NCBI GenBank assembly: GCA_946415315.1 | Contig: CAMKRZ010000006.1 | Location: 4,168-68,167, forward strand | Source of the DNA: an uncultured Lachnoclostridium sp. | GTDB taxonomy: Bacteria > Bacillota > Clostridia > Lachnospirales > Lachnospiraceae | Length of the DNA stretch: 64,000 nucleotides | Direction: 5' to 3' | In this document: positions 19,037 to 27,524 of the stretch, piece after piece | Position numbering within the stretch: position 1 is the stretch's first letter | Layout of the letters: each line of letters starts with the position of its first letter | Program-made: the position numbers and the translations under genes | Notes under the pieces: model-generated | Told to the model about the DNA's origin: nothing | Seen by the model: only the letters and a program-made list of their open reading frames with translations | The model's database searches: none

Positions 19037-19591
19037 TTACTGATCAAGCCTCTTATCGAAATCAGGCGAGAAAGAGGTAAAGAAATCACCTTCCTTGTCG
19101 GTCTTACCCTTTGCGAAGAGTCCGGTACCAGCCCAAGTGATGTTGCCGTCTTTGCCAACAGTACCAACTACAGCAGAGCTGTTTGCGTTAGCCTTGAAAG
19201 CCTTCGAAGTAAGGGTAAAATTCGATGTGTAAGCCGTCGCTTTCCAAGCTTCCTCAACTCTGGAATCAGTCTGCGCAAGGTTTGCAACTGCAAGAGTGAT
19301 AGCGCCGCTGGTGCTAGTAGTGATCATAAACGTTGTGCCGTTCTGGATGTACCTGTCGTACTGAACCTCAGAAGCAACCTTCTCCGCTGCGCTCATGAGC
19401 TCGATAACGGTCTCAACGTCCGCGGATTTGTGGGACTTCTCAGAAGACTCAGAAGAAAGCGTCGGAGTTATTGATGCTCCGGCTGTTTTTTCATCTACCG
19501 GCTCTTTATCCTTAAACAGCACAAAGCCAATGAAAACTCCGACTGCTACAAGCAGGATTACGCCTATTGCAAGAAATAGTTTTTTATTCAT
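19037..19591 (-). CDS. Membrane-anchored hypothetical protein
   Basis: Start chosen at ATG 19591 (GGAGAGGAGAA upstream). MNKKLFLAIGVILLVAVGVFIGFVLF is a signal anchor. No family recognised. The region is AT-richer than its surroundings. Confidence 0.6.
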   Translation of the reverse strand: MNKKLFLAIGVILLVAVGVFIGFVLFKDKEPVDEKTAGASITPTLSSESSEKSHKSADVETVIELMSAAEKVASEVQYDRYIQNGTTFMITTSTSGAITLAVANLAQTDSRVEEAWKATAYTSNFTLTSKAFKANANSSAVVGTVGKDGNITWAGTGLFAKGKTDKEGDFFTSFSPDFDKRLDQ

Positions 19592-19663
19592 TTTCTGTTT
19601 TCTCCTCTCCGTTTCTTTTTCTGCATTATACCATATCAATCCGCCGCGGGTTCTGTCATATCA

Positions 19664-20947
19664 TCAATACCTGTACATCCGGGATAACGCGGGGCAGGTT
19701 TCTTCCGATCTCAGGTCCAGTACCTCGGAATTCGTCAACGCCCATATGGAAACCCGATACGAAACATAGGATCTCTCAAGGCGGAAGATCAGTTCGCCTT
19801 TATCCGTGAAGCTTTCCTCCAGGACAACGTTGCCGTTCTTATCTCTGTCTACACGATGAACCAGCGCTTTCTTCGTGTTGTAAGATTCCTTCTTGACGCT
19901 TCCGTCCTTATCATATGTATAAACAACTCTTGAAGTTCCTCTTTCAGTCCCTTTGGATGAATATTGTGTGGTAGTTACCTCCATCAGCAGGCCGTTTTCG
20001 TAGCGGTATTCGATCACGGAATCCACATAGCTCTGATCCCCCTGCCAGTTAACCATCCACGTATACCTTGTTTGTTTGATGATGTTTCCATCCTCGTCAT
20101 ACTCCCGGAGAGGAATGCCGCCCGGACCGAATTCCTGGGTAAGTTTGTGGCCGTTCTTGTATTCCCACTCACCCATAATGTCTCCGACGCCGAGGTTTTC
20201 CGATATCTGCCTCGTCGCGTACTCCACTTCTTTCTGAAGATTTCCCTTATTGTCATACGTATATTCCGATTCAGTGTTTTTCCCTATCCTGGTTCGTGTC
20301 AACTGACCGTTCTCATTATATTCGAAAAAATGATACTGATCAGCGATGTATGGTCCTTCCTTCACAAGCCGGTTATTCTCGTCATATTCATAATGCCTTT
20401 CGGACCACATAAATTCCGTTTTTTCTTCTTCCGTTGCATAGAGTTTTGATTCGATGCGGTTTCCACGGTCATCGTAGAGAAACTCGTGCCTTTGAGCATA
20501 CGTCTGGCGGCCGTCCTCATACGTTTTGGACAGAACCTGCTGCCATCGGCCCTCGGAATCGCATTTGTACTCCGTCTCGATACGCCGCGTTTCTTTGCCC
20601 GACTCGTCACAAGTGATCTCTTTAATCGGATTTCCCGCCTTGTCATAGGTGTATACCGTGGTTCCGCTCGTATTCAGAACCCGGCTACTGAAATCCGTGA
20701 TTGTCTTGGAATCGGTGCGCTCCGGGTGAAGCTCGATCTTCTCCTCCTTCACACGCCATACCGTAATCTTCGAGGGATCATCCTTGGCCTCATCATCGGC
20801 AGGTTTCTTCTTTCCGTTAAGCACGAACACAAGGAAAATGATGTACCCGACCGCCACGGCCGCGACCGCTGCGACAATGATCCACGGCAGCATTTTCCTC
20901 TTATTGTTCGTTCCTTCCGCAAATATCGTGTTGTTCTCCGTCTCCAT
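19664..20947 (-). CDS. Membrane-anchored YD/RHS-repeat-containing protein (short, no obvious toxin tip)
   Basis: 427 aa with an N-terminal TM (LPWIIVAAVAAVAVGYIIFLVFVL). It has repeated YD motifs: YTYDKAGN, FLYDDRGN, YEYDENNRL, YTYDNKGNL, REYDEDGNI and YTYDKDGS. Confidence 0.7.
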   Translation of the reverse strand: METENNTIFAEGTNNKRKMLPWIIVAAVAAVAVGYIIFLVFVLNGKKKPADDEAKDDPSKITVWRVKEEKIELHPERTDSKTITDFSSRVLNTSGTTVYTYDKAGNPIKEITCDESGKETRRIETEYKCDSEGRWQQVLSKTYEDGRQTYAQRHEFLYDDRGNRIESKLYATEEEKTEFMWSERHYEYDENNRLVKEGPYIADQYHFFEYNENGQLTRTRIGKNTESEYTYDNKGNLQKEVEYATRQISENLGVGDIMGEWEYKNGHKLTQEFGPGGIPLREYDEDGNIIKQTRYTWMVNWQGDQSYVDSVIEYRYENGLLMEVTTTQYSSKGTERGTSRVVYTYDKDGSVKKESYNTKKALVHRVDRDKNGNVVLEESFTDKGELIFRLERSYVSYRVSIWALTNSEVLDLRSEETCPALSRMYRY

Positions 20948-20984
20948 GTGTCCTTCCCCCTGCTTCGATAGATTCTATTCAGTT

Positions 20985-21803
20985 CTACAGTTGTAGAACC
21001 TTCTCGGGATTACGCGTCAGGATCATCTCCTTCTCCTCCTCGGAGATGTCCAGCGCGCGGAATCGTGCAAGCTCATCCTTCGGGCTCCACATCGGATAGT
21101 CCGATCCGAACAGGAAGCGCTCCGCCCCGTATTCGCGGATCAGCTCCGCCGAACGCTTCTGCCCCAGATACATCATCGAACTGCTGCAATCGAAGTAGCA
21201 ATGCGAATCCTTGAGATACTCCAAAGCCAGATCCGCCAGGCTCCATCCGCCGAAATGCGCCGCGATAAATGTGAGCCTCGGGAACATGTCAAGCACTCTC
21301 CGCACGCGATCCGGATTGTCATAATCGTAGCGGTAATCGCCGCAGTGCACCAGGATCGGATAACGTCCCTGCAGCGCGTCGTAAAGTTCAAACATGCGTG
21401 GGTCATCCACCGTGTAATGCTGCGAATCCGGGTGAATTTTCACACCGCGCAGCCCCATTCCGATCATGCGCTCCAGCTCCTCGGCCTTGCCCTCATAATC
21501 CGCGTGCATCGTGCCGAAGCCGATGAATCGCGGCTCCTTTGCAACCGTTGCCGCCAGAAAATCATTGATCCTCTCCACCTGGCGGGCCTCCGTAGCCACG
21601 GAGTGCACCAGAAACCGGTCAATCCCGGCCTCGTCCCCGATGGCGAGCAGCGCCTCCGCCGTACCTGCGGGACAATCCATCGGAATCCCGTAAAAATTCC
21701 CAACCCCCTCGACGGCCTTGGCCGCGATCTTCTCCGGGTAAATGTGTGCATGGCAATCGTATATCACTTTTGTTCTGTCCTTTCCTGCGCGGGTTTCCAT
21801 CAT
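20985..21803 (-). CDS. Amidohydrolase-family metal-dependent hydrolase (TIM barrel)
   Basis: 272 aa. It has an N-terminal DCHAHIYP (HxH metal motif) and later HCGD, AAHFGG and FGSDYP motifs typical of amidohydrolase_2-like proteins. Confidence 0.65.
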   Translation of the reverse strand: MMETRAGKDRTKVIYDCHAHIYPEKIAAKAVEGVGNFYGIPMDCPAGTAEALLAIGDEAGIDRFLVHSVATEARQVERINDFLAATVAKEPRFIGFGTMHADYEGKAEELERMIGMGLRGVKIHPDSQHYTVDDPRMFELYDALQGRYPILVHCGDYRYDYDNPDRVRRVLDMFPRLTFIAAHFGGWSLADLALEYLKDSHCYFDCSSSMMYLGQKRSAELIREYGAERFLFGSDYPMWSPKDELARFRALDISEEEKEMILTRNPEKVLQL

Positions 21804-21880
21804 TTTTCACGGATCCCCGCAAACTGTGGTCAAGTGTATCATATCGTGTCGGCGTTGTATAGTTTTTTCTCATTTTCCTC

Positions 21881-21909
21881 TTGAAATCGAACAAATGTTC
21901 GTTTATAAT
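21881..21909 (+). promoter_or_regulatory. dinB promoter with an embedded LexA (Cheo/DinR) box
   Basis: TTGAAA (21881..21886), 17 nt, TATAAT (21904..21909). The spacer contains CGAACAAATGTTCG (21888..21901), a perfect match to the Gram-positive SOS box CGAAC-N4-GTTCG. Confidence 0.85.
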
Positions 21910-21932
21910 GCAGGTATGAAAGGAGATTTCCC

Positions 21933-23183
21933 ATGGCCGCTCCCGCGAATGACAATCCAATCACACGCCTGATCTTCCACTGCGACGTGAACAGCGCCTT
22001 CCTCAGCTGGGAAGCGACGTACCGGCTTCACCACCTCGGCGAGACCGTCGATCTGCGCGAAATCCCGGCCATCGTCGGCGGCAACCAGGCCTCGCGGCAC
22101 GGAATTGTGCTCGCCTCCTCGATCCCGGCCAAGCGCTGCGGGGTCAAGACTGCCATGCCCGTCGTGGAGGCCAGGCGTCTCTGTCCGGAGCTCACGGTCG
22201 TCGCGCCGCACTACGGGCTCTACGTCGAGTGCTCGAACGCGCTCCTCGCGATCCTCCACGATGTCTGCCCACTCGTGGAGCAATACTCGATCGACGAGGC
22301 ATTTTGCGATATGACGGGCGTTGCAGCGGCTATGGAGGATCCGGTGGGATTTGCGAACGCGCTGCGCGAGAGGATTTACCGTGAGCTCGGCTTCACCGTC
22401 AACATCGGTGTCTCCGTCAACAAGCTGCTCGCGAAGATGGCCTCGGATTTTAAGAAACCGAACCTCGTCCACACACTGTGGCCGGATGAGATCGCGGCGA
22501 AGATGTGGCCGCTGCCGGTGCGCGACCTCTTCTTCATCGGGCGTGCCACGGAGAGGCACCTGAAGAATATGGGAATCCACACGATCGGGGAGGTAGCGCG
22601 AACGCCGGAACCCCTGCTGCGCGGAGCACTGAAGCAGCACGGCACGACTGTGTGGAATTTTGCCAACGGCATCGATCCGTCGCCGGTGATCGACACCCCG
22701 CCGCCGAACAAGGGCTACGGCAACTCCACGACGATCAACCACGATGTCACCGACGCCGCGGAGGCCAAGCAGGTGCTGCTCCGGCTCTGCGACACCGTCG
22801 CGACAAGGCTTCGCGCCGACCGTGTGCAGGCAGGCGTCGTAGCCGTCGGCATCCGCACTTACGACCTGCGCTACTACAGCCACCAGGCGGTTCTGGACAC
22901 GCCGACCAACATCACTTCGGAGCTGCATGTGCATGTCTGCAAGCTCTTCGACGCGGCCTGGGACGGTACCCCGATCCGAAGTCTCGGCGTGCACACCTCG
23001 CGCGTCTCCGATGATGCTCCCACCCGGCAGCTCTCGATGTTTGACACTACCGATTACGAGAAGCTCGGCAGGATGGACCGCACCATCGACGCAATCCGCA
23101 AGCGTTTCGGTGATTCCTCCGTGACGAGGGCTTCCCTGATCCCGCGCCCCGAAGCTTCCGATAACACACCGTTCGATGATTGA
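21933..23183 (+). CDS. dinB: DNA polymerase IV (Y-family translesion polymerase)
   Basis: 416 aa. FHCDVNSAFLSWEA is the catalytic DxD-type N-terminal motif, followed by SIDEAF and further Y-family palm/finger motifs. An SOS box lies upstream. Confidence 0.93.
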   Translation: MAAPANDNPITRLIFHCDVNSAFLSWEATYRLHHLGETVDLREIPAIVGGNQASRHGIVLASSIPAKRCGVKTAMPVVEARRLCPELTVVAPHYGLYVECSNALLAILHDVCPLVEQYSIDEAFCDMTGVAAAMEDPVGFANALRERIYRELGFTVNIGVSVNKLLAKMASDFKKPNLVHTLWPDEIAAKMWPLPVRDLFFIGRATERHLKNMGIHTIGEVARTPEPLLRGALKQHGTTVWNFANGIDPSPVIDTPPPNKGYGNSTTINHDVTDAAEAKQVLLRLCDTVATRLRADRVQAGVVAVGIRTYDLRYYSHQAVLDTPTNITSELHVHVCKLFDAAWDGTPIRSLGVHTSRVSDDAPTRQLSMFDTTDYEKLGRMDRTIDAIRKRFGDSSVTRASLIPRPEASDNTPFDD

Positions 23184-23271
23184 TATCGCATTGTTTTTCA
23201 CTGACTGATATCGCGGCAGCGACAGTCCGCTGCCGACCCGCCGTCCGACTGACGGCAGAAAGGAGAACCCT

Positions 23272-23607
23272 ATGCCCATGATGGGATTTTACGGCCGTCC
23301 GCCCATGGACTCCGGCGAACTGCGCAGACGCCGTGTGCCGATCGCCTGCGGTGTATGGTTCACCAGCACCGGCCGGCTCATCCCGCTCTCCGTCAAATGG
23401 AAGGACGATGAGGGCTTCCTTCGCATGCTCACGGGCATCCGCGTCATCACCGTGGAGGACAAGAACTACTGCGGCGTTCCGTCCACCGAGTACGAGTGTG
23501 AGGCGGAGTACTGCGGCGCGCGGGTTCATTTTCATCTTCTGTACTACGCCACCCGTAAGGAGTGGAAGCTGTTGTGGAACGATCCCACGAATGGCAAGCC
23601 GGGCTGA
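23272..23607 (+). CDS. Small hypothetical protein downstream of dinB
   Basis: 111 aa with a good RBS (gaaAGGAGaaccctATG). It starts 88 nt after the dinB stop with no terminator between. No family recognised. Confidence 0.55.
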   Translation: MPMMGFYGRPPMDSGELRRRRVPIACGVWFTSTGRLIPLSVKWKDDEGFLRMLTGIRVITVEDKNYCGVPSTEYECEAEYCGARVHFHLLYYATRKEWKLLWNDPTNGKPG

Positions 23608-23752
23608 GACGGCACGCCTGACTAAACGCACCACACGTGTAAGTGCATCATCGGCAACACCTGCACAATCACACCACCGCATAAACACATAAAAGGCGGC
23701 TCCCGAACAGGGAACCGCCCTCACTGTCAATCCAGCCTTCACTTTTCTGTTG

Positions 23753-24316
23753 TCACATTCCGCCGGAGTTCATCATCTCCTGGTACATTCTGTTATACTC
23801 TTCCATGATCTCCGGGTGAGCGGTCAGGTACGCGCTGACGAGCACGAGGATCACGATCGCCGCCGCGAAGAACATCAGCATGCCGTGCGCAATCTCCTTC
23901 TGCGAATCGGACGAACGGCTGCTCACCACATTGATGATCGCCCATCCGATCAGGAACAACCATCCGTAGACCGGGAGAAGAAGCAGCAACATCAGCCCGA
24001 GCATCTTCCAGCGTGAGATAACCGGAGCTCCGCCCCGGGTCATACGACCGTCGCTGTTCTCATCGCCGTATGCGGCCGCGTTCCGATTGCCGTACCGTGC
24101 CTCCGGGTTCACATCCCCGTTATCCGAGGTGTTTCCCCATCGCGCATATTTTGACATCCGGTCATCGCTGTCGTCCGTTCCATATTCCTGCCTCCCGACA
24201 GACGCGGCAAGCAGGTTGTCATCCTCTCCGTTGTCACGCAGGGACGCTCCGCAGTAGAAGCAGAAATTTGCCCCTTCCACGGGGTTTTTGCGTCCGCAAA
24301 CCTTACATTCGTCCAT
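23753..24316 (-). CDS. Zinc-ribbon domain membrane protein
   Basis: 187 aa. The N-terminus CKVCGRKNPVEGANFCFYCG is a zinc ribbon. The C-terminal half has two TM helices. Confidence 0.7.
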   Translation of the reverse strand: MDECKVCGRKNPVEGANFCFYCGASLRDNGEDDNLLAASVGRQEYGTDDSDDRMSKYARWGNTSDNGDVNPEARYGNRNAAAYGDENSDGRMTRGGAPVISRWKMLGLMLLLLLPVYGWLFLIGWAIINVVSSRSSDSQKEIAHGMLMFFAAAIVILVLVSAYLTAHPEIMEEYNRMYQEMMNSGGM

Positions 24317-24339
24317 TCGTTACCTCTCTGAAAGAAATT

Positions 24340-25026
24340 TCAGTCAACCCCATTCTGCAGGATCTGAATGATCAGATTATAAGTCGCATCGCGGAACTCC
24401 GCAAACTGCGCCTCAATCTGCGTGCGGATCTTCTCCGCGTCTTTCCCGGTAATGCCGGTGGACGCCATGATCGTGTCCGCCAGCGTCAACAGTTGTTGCT
24501 GTTCGTTACCGAAGCCGTAACCGCTTCTCTCACCGACGATGATGCTCCGCAGGATATTGAAGTTCATTGCCGATTTCGCAAGCAGGACGCCGTCGGCTTC
24601 CTTCTTTCCGTAGGACTCCTCAAGCAAACGTCCGAGCTCATCCTTCATCTGCTCCGCAACGGCGCGCACACCGTCGGAATCCTCATAAGCGTAATAGAAC
24701 AACTCGCAAAGCTTGTCATTTACGTGACAGATCTCATACTCCAGCAGGAAGAAATAGATCATCTGCATCATCGGCACGTCATCCGGCACCATAAGCTTGG
24801 CTGCTTCCTTGTAGTTCATGCGCACAAGCTTGCCGATCAGGATGCGAAGGATTTCCGGCTTTCCCGTAAAATTGCTGTAGAATTTGCCGGTCGTACATCC
24901 GGCCGCTTCCGAGAGGGATTTCATCGTCACATTGGAATACCCGTCACGAAGAAACATTTTTGCACAGACCGCGATCAAAGAATCCCTTACGGCCTGCTCC
25001 TCCTCCGGTGTTCTCGCAATTGCCAT
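24340..25026 (-). CDS. TetR/AcrR-family transcriptional regulator
   Basis: 228 aa. The N-terminal HTH GYSNVTMKSLSEAAGCTTGKFYSNF is typical of TetR_N. Confidence 0.85.
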   Translation of the reverse strand: MAIARTPEEEQAVRDSLIAVCAKMFLRDGYSNVTMKSLSEAAGCTTGKFYSNFTGKPEILRILIGKLVRMNYKEAAKLMVPDDVPMMQMIYFFLLEYEICHVNDKLCELFYYAYEDSDGVRAVAEQMKDELGRLLEESYGKKEADGVLLAKSAMNFNILRSIIVGERSGYGFGNEQQQLLTLADTIMASTGITGKDAEKIRTQIEAQFAEFRDATYNLIIQILQNGVD

Positions 25027-25254
25027 GTCACACTGCCTCCTTTTTCTTTCTCTTTATTTTTTTCGCGCAAGGAAAATGCCGCCCGCGGCGGCATCTCAAT
25101 AGTATATTGGATTATCGCTGCAACTTCATAGTATCGTCACAACGTGGGAATGTCAATCGATTAACAGACTTTTAACACTTTCGTCTTGATTCTTTCGCAA
25201 TCTTTGCATAATTCGTTTCGGAAAATGACGGAAAATTTTACTCTCGGCATCATT

Positions 25255-25929
25255 CTACGCTTTCAGACGGTATCCGATGCCCCATACGGTCTCGATATAT
25301 TCCTCATCACTGACCTGTTTCAGTTTCTTCCGAAGGTTACTGATGTGCACATCAAGTGTCTTCGTCTCCCCGATATACGGCTCCTGCCATGCATACTCAA
25401 AGATGGCATCCTTGGAGAAAACCCGCGTGGGATGCTGCATCAGCAGTTCCAGAATGCGGAATTCCTGCCTCGTCAGCTTCGGCACTTCGCGCCCTGCCGC
25501 CGTCACCGCGAAATGCTCCCGGTCGATCGTAAGCCCGCCGCACGTCAGCTGATTCTGCGGCTGAACACCGCCGCTCTTGCGCAGCTGTACGCGGATCCGC
25601 GCCACAACCTCTTTGATCTCGAACGGTTTGGTCACATAATCATCCGCACCGATGCTGAGCACGTCAACCTTGGAATCAAGGTCGTCTTTCGCGCTCACCA
25701 CGATAACCGGAAGGCCGCCTTTCTCGCGGATGACCCGCAGGACATCCTCCCCGTTCATGCCCGGCAGCGCCAGGTCCAGGAGTACCAGATCATAGTGTTC
25801 CATCGACAACCGAAGAACCGCCTCCGAACCGGAGTAGGCCTGTCCACACGAAAAGCCCTCACGCTCAAGCGCTTCCTTCAGCATGGTGTTAATCGTATTA
25901 TCATCGTCAACGATCAGAATCCGTTCCAT
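25255..25929 (-). CDS. OmpR-family response regulator (no cognate kinase adjacent)
   Basis: 224 aa. The receiver domain reads ILIVDDD...DLVLLDLALPGMNG...VIVVSAK. The winged-helix domain reads LTRQEFRILELL...VHISNLRKKL...VWGIGYRL. Confidence 0.92.
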   Translation of the reverse strand: MERILIVDDDNTINTMLKEALEREGFSCGQAYSGSEAVLRLSMEHYDLVLLDLALPGMNGEDVLRVIREKGGLPVIVVSAKDDLDSKVDVLSIGADDYVTKPFEIKEVVARIRVQLRKSGGVQPQNQLTCGGLTIDREHFAVTAAGREVPKLTRQEFRILELLMQHPTRVFSKDAIFEYAWQEPYIGETKTLDVHISNLRKKLKQVSDEEYIETVWGIGYRLKA

Positions 25930-25935
25930 AATATC

Positions 25936-26394
25936 CTAGTTCTCCGTAAGCCGTTCCACATTTTCGCCGTAACGAATTACAAAATCTGCCATATCCGAGA
26001 GGCTCTGCTCATCCGGCATATCGAACGAACGCTTCGCGTGCTGGATCACCGGCCGTCTGGATGGCGTGTAGTATTTGCCGCCGAGAATCTTGCGGTTCCG
26101 TCCGAGGATGCGGAATGCATAATACTGGGTGTTCTTCTCCTCGCCCGTCCGCAGCAGGATGTACCCGACATCCTTCAGCTGCCACACCTTATAGCCGATC
26201 TCGCGTCCGGAATGGACCTCCCAGATGAGTTCATCATTTTTCGAGACATGCATCCCCATGAAAGAAGCCCGGTATGGATGCTCCATCTCGAACTTATCGT
26301 TAAACTTACTGCTGTTGTTCCGGTCGGCGATCACGCACAGGATGAACAACACGGTAAATACGGCAATCAGGATCAGTGAAGCGGTCGGCGGCAT
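25936..26394 (-). CDS. Small membrane-anchored hypothetical protein upstream of the response regulator
   Basis: Start chosen at ATG 26394 (GGAGG 5 nt upstream). MPPTASLILIAVFTVLFILCVIA is a TM anchor. The stop is 6 nt before the regulator start. Confidence 0.55.
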   Translation of the reverse strand: MPPTASLILIAVFTVLFILCVIADRNNSSKFNDKFEMEHPYRASFMGMHVSKNDELIWEVHSGREIGYKVWQLKDVGYILLRTGEEKNTQYYAFRILGRNRKILGGKYYTPSRRPVIQHAKRSFDMPDEQSLSDMADFVIRYGENVERLTEN

Positions 26395-26611
26395 ACAATC
26401 CTCCATGGCGCCGGCATTTCCCGGCAATCGTAAAATAAGGCGGTACACTTGTCAGCGCCCGCAACGGCATTATACCACAACTCCGCCCGGATTGCCACAC
26501 GGAAAGAGTCCTTTCCTCCGGACGGCAGCATCGCATCCAAGCAGGCGCTTTTTCCCCGGGCGGCAGCATCACATCAAGGCAGAAGCCTTTCCTCCTTGTC
26601 GCGGAGCTCTG

Positions 26612-27382
26612 TCACGACGGCAGGATCACATCCACACGAACTGCCTTCCCGGTCAGGGAGTAGGACGGCTTCACACCGGCGAGGTACTCTCCCTTCACCG
26701 GCCGCTTTATGATGATCCGGCGCGGATGCGCCGCTATCGCAGCCGCGAGAAGCTCTTCCCCGTCGGCACACGGCTCCTCCAGATGATGCAGCAGCTGGAA
26801 TTTCTTGCGCACCGCCGCGCTCTTCGTGCGCTCCGGGAACATCGGATCGAGCAGGATCACATCCGGTGCGGACTCCATTCCCGCCAGTGCAGGAATACTG
26901 TCGCCGCGCACGAGTTCCATCCGCGCAACGATCGCCGCGAGCATCGACTCCCGTGCTTCCCCCGAGCCGTTCATCGCGCGCCGCATCGCATCCGCAAGCA
27001 ACTCTGCGATGTAGGGATTGCGCTCATACATGCGCACGCGAAAGCCCGCCGCTGCCAGCAGAAGCGCATCCTCGCCGAAGCCGGCTGTCGCATCCACCGC
27101 GAGCATCTGCGTGCGGTCCCCCTTTACCTTCGCGGCCTTCACCAGAAGCTCCGAGGCAAGATTTCGCTGCGTGAGCCGGGGCATCATATGGGACAGATCA
27201 ACCCGCAGTTCCCCCTCCGGCCCGCACAGTGCAAGTCCGTCCGCTCCGAGGCGCAGCACAACGCTGCCCTGCACATCCTCGTCAGCGCCGACAACGCACG
27301 GCACACAGAGTCTTAACGCAAGCGCTTTCGCGTCCTCCGCATACTCCTCACCCTGTGCGATCACAATCGGTTTTTCGCTCAT
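26612..27382 (-). CDS. rsmJ: 16S rRNA (guanine1516-N2)-methyltransferase-like SAM-dependent methyltransferase
   Basis: Start chosen at ATG 27382 (GAAAGGAA upstream). AVDATAGFGEDALLLAAAGFRVRMYERNPYIAELL and LLDPMFPERTKSAAVRKKFQLLHHL closely follow the RsmJ signature regions. Confidence 0.8.
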   Translation of the reverse strand: MSEKPIVIAQGEEYAEDAKALALRLCVPCVVGADEDVQGSVVLRLGADGLALCGPEGELRVDLSHMMPRLTQRNLASELLVKAAKVKGDRTQMLAVDATAGFGEDALLLAAAGFRVRMYERNPYIAELLADAMRRAMNGSGEARESMLAAIVARMELVRGDSIPALAGMESAPDVILLDPMFPERTKSAAVRKKFQLLHHLEEPCADGEELLAAAIAAHPRRIIIKRPVKGEYLAGVKPSYSLTGKAVRVDVILPS

Positions 27383-27524
27383 TTTCCGGTTCCTTTCAAC
27401 CACTGATTCTTTCCGTACAATCATACATCATACGTGTTTGGCGCGTAAAGTGGATTTTTCGCATGGATTGTGTTACAATTTTTCCATGGACATTTTGCCC
27501 CATGTCCGGTTTCGGAGGTCGGTT

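Noticed and set aside
21903-23279. 458-aa minus-strand ORF antisense to dinB. Similar long antisense ORFs lie opposite the NlpC/P60 gene (27987..29480), carB (49938..51095, 51261..52310), purF (53846..55285), the GSIII gene (60363..62585) and others.
   Set aside because: The opposite strand carries unmistakable conserved proteins in every case. The antisense translations are Arg/His/Asp-rich with no recognisable domains.
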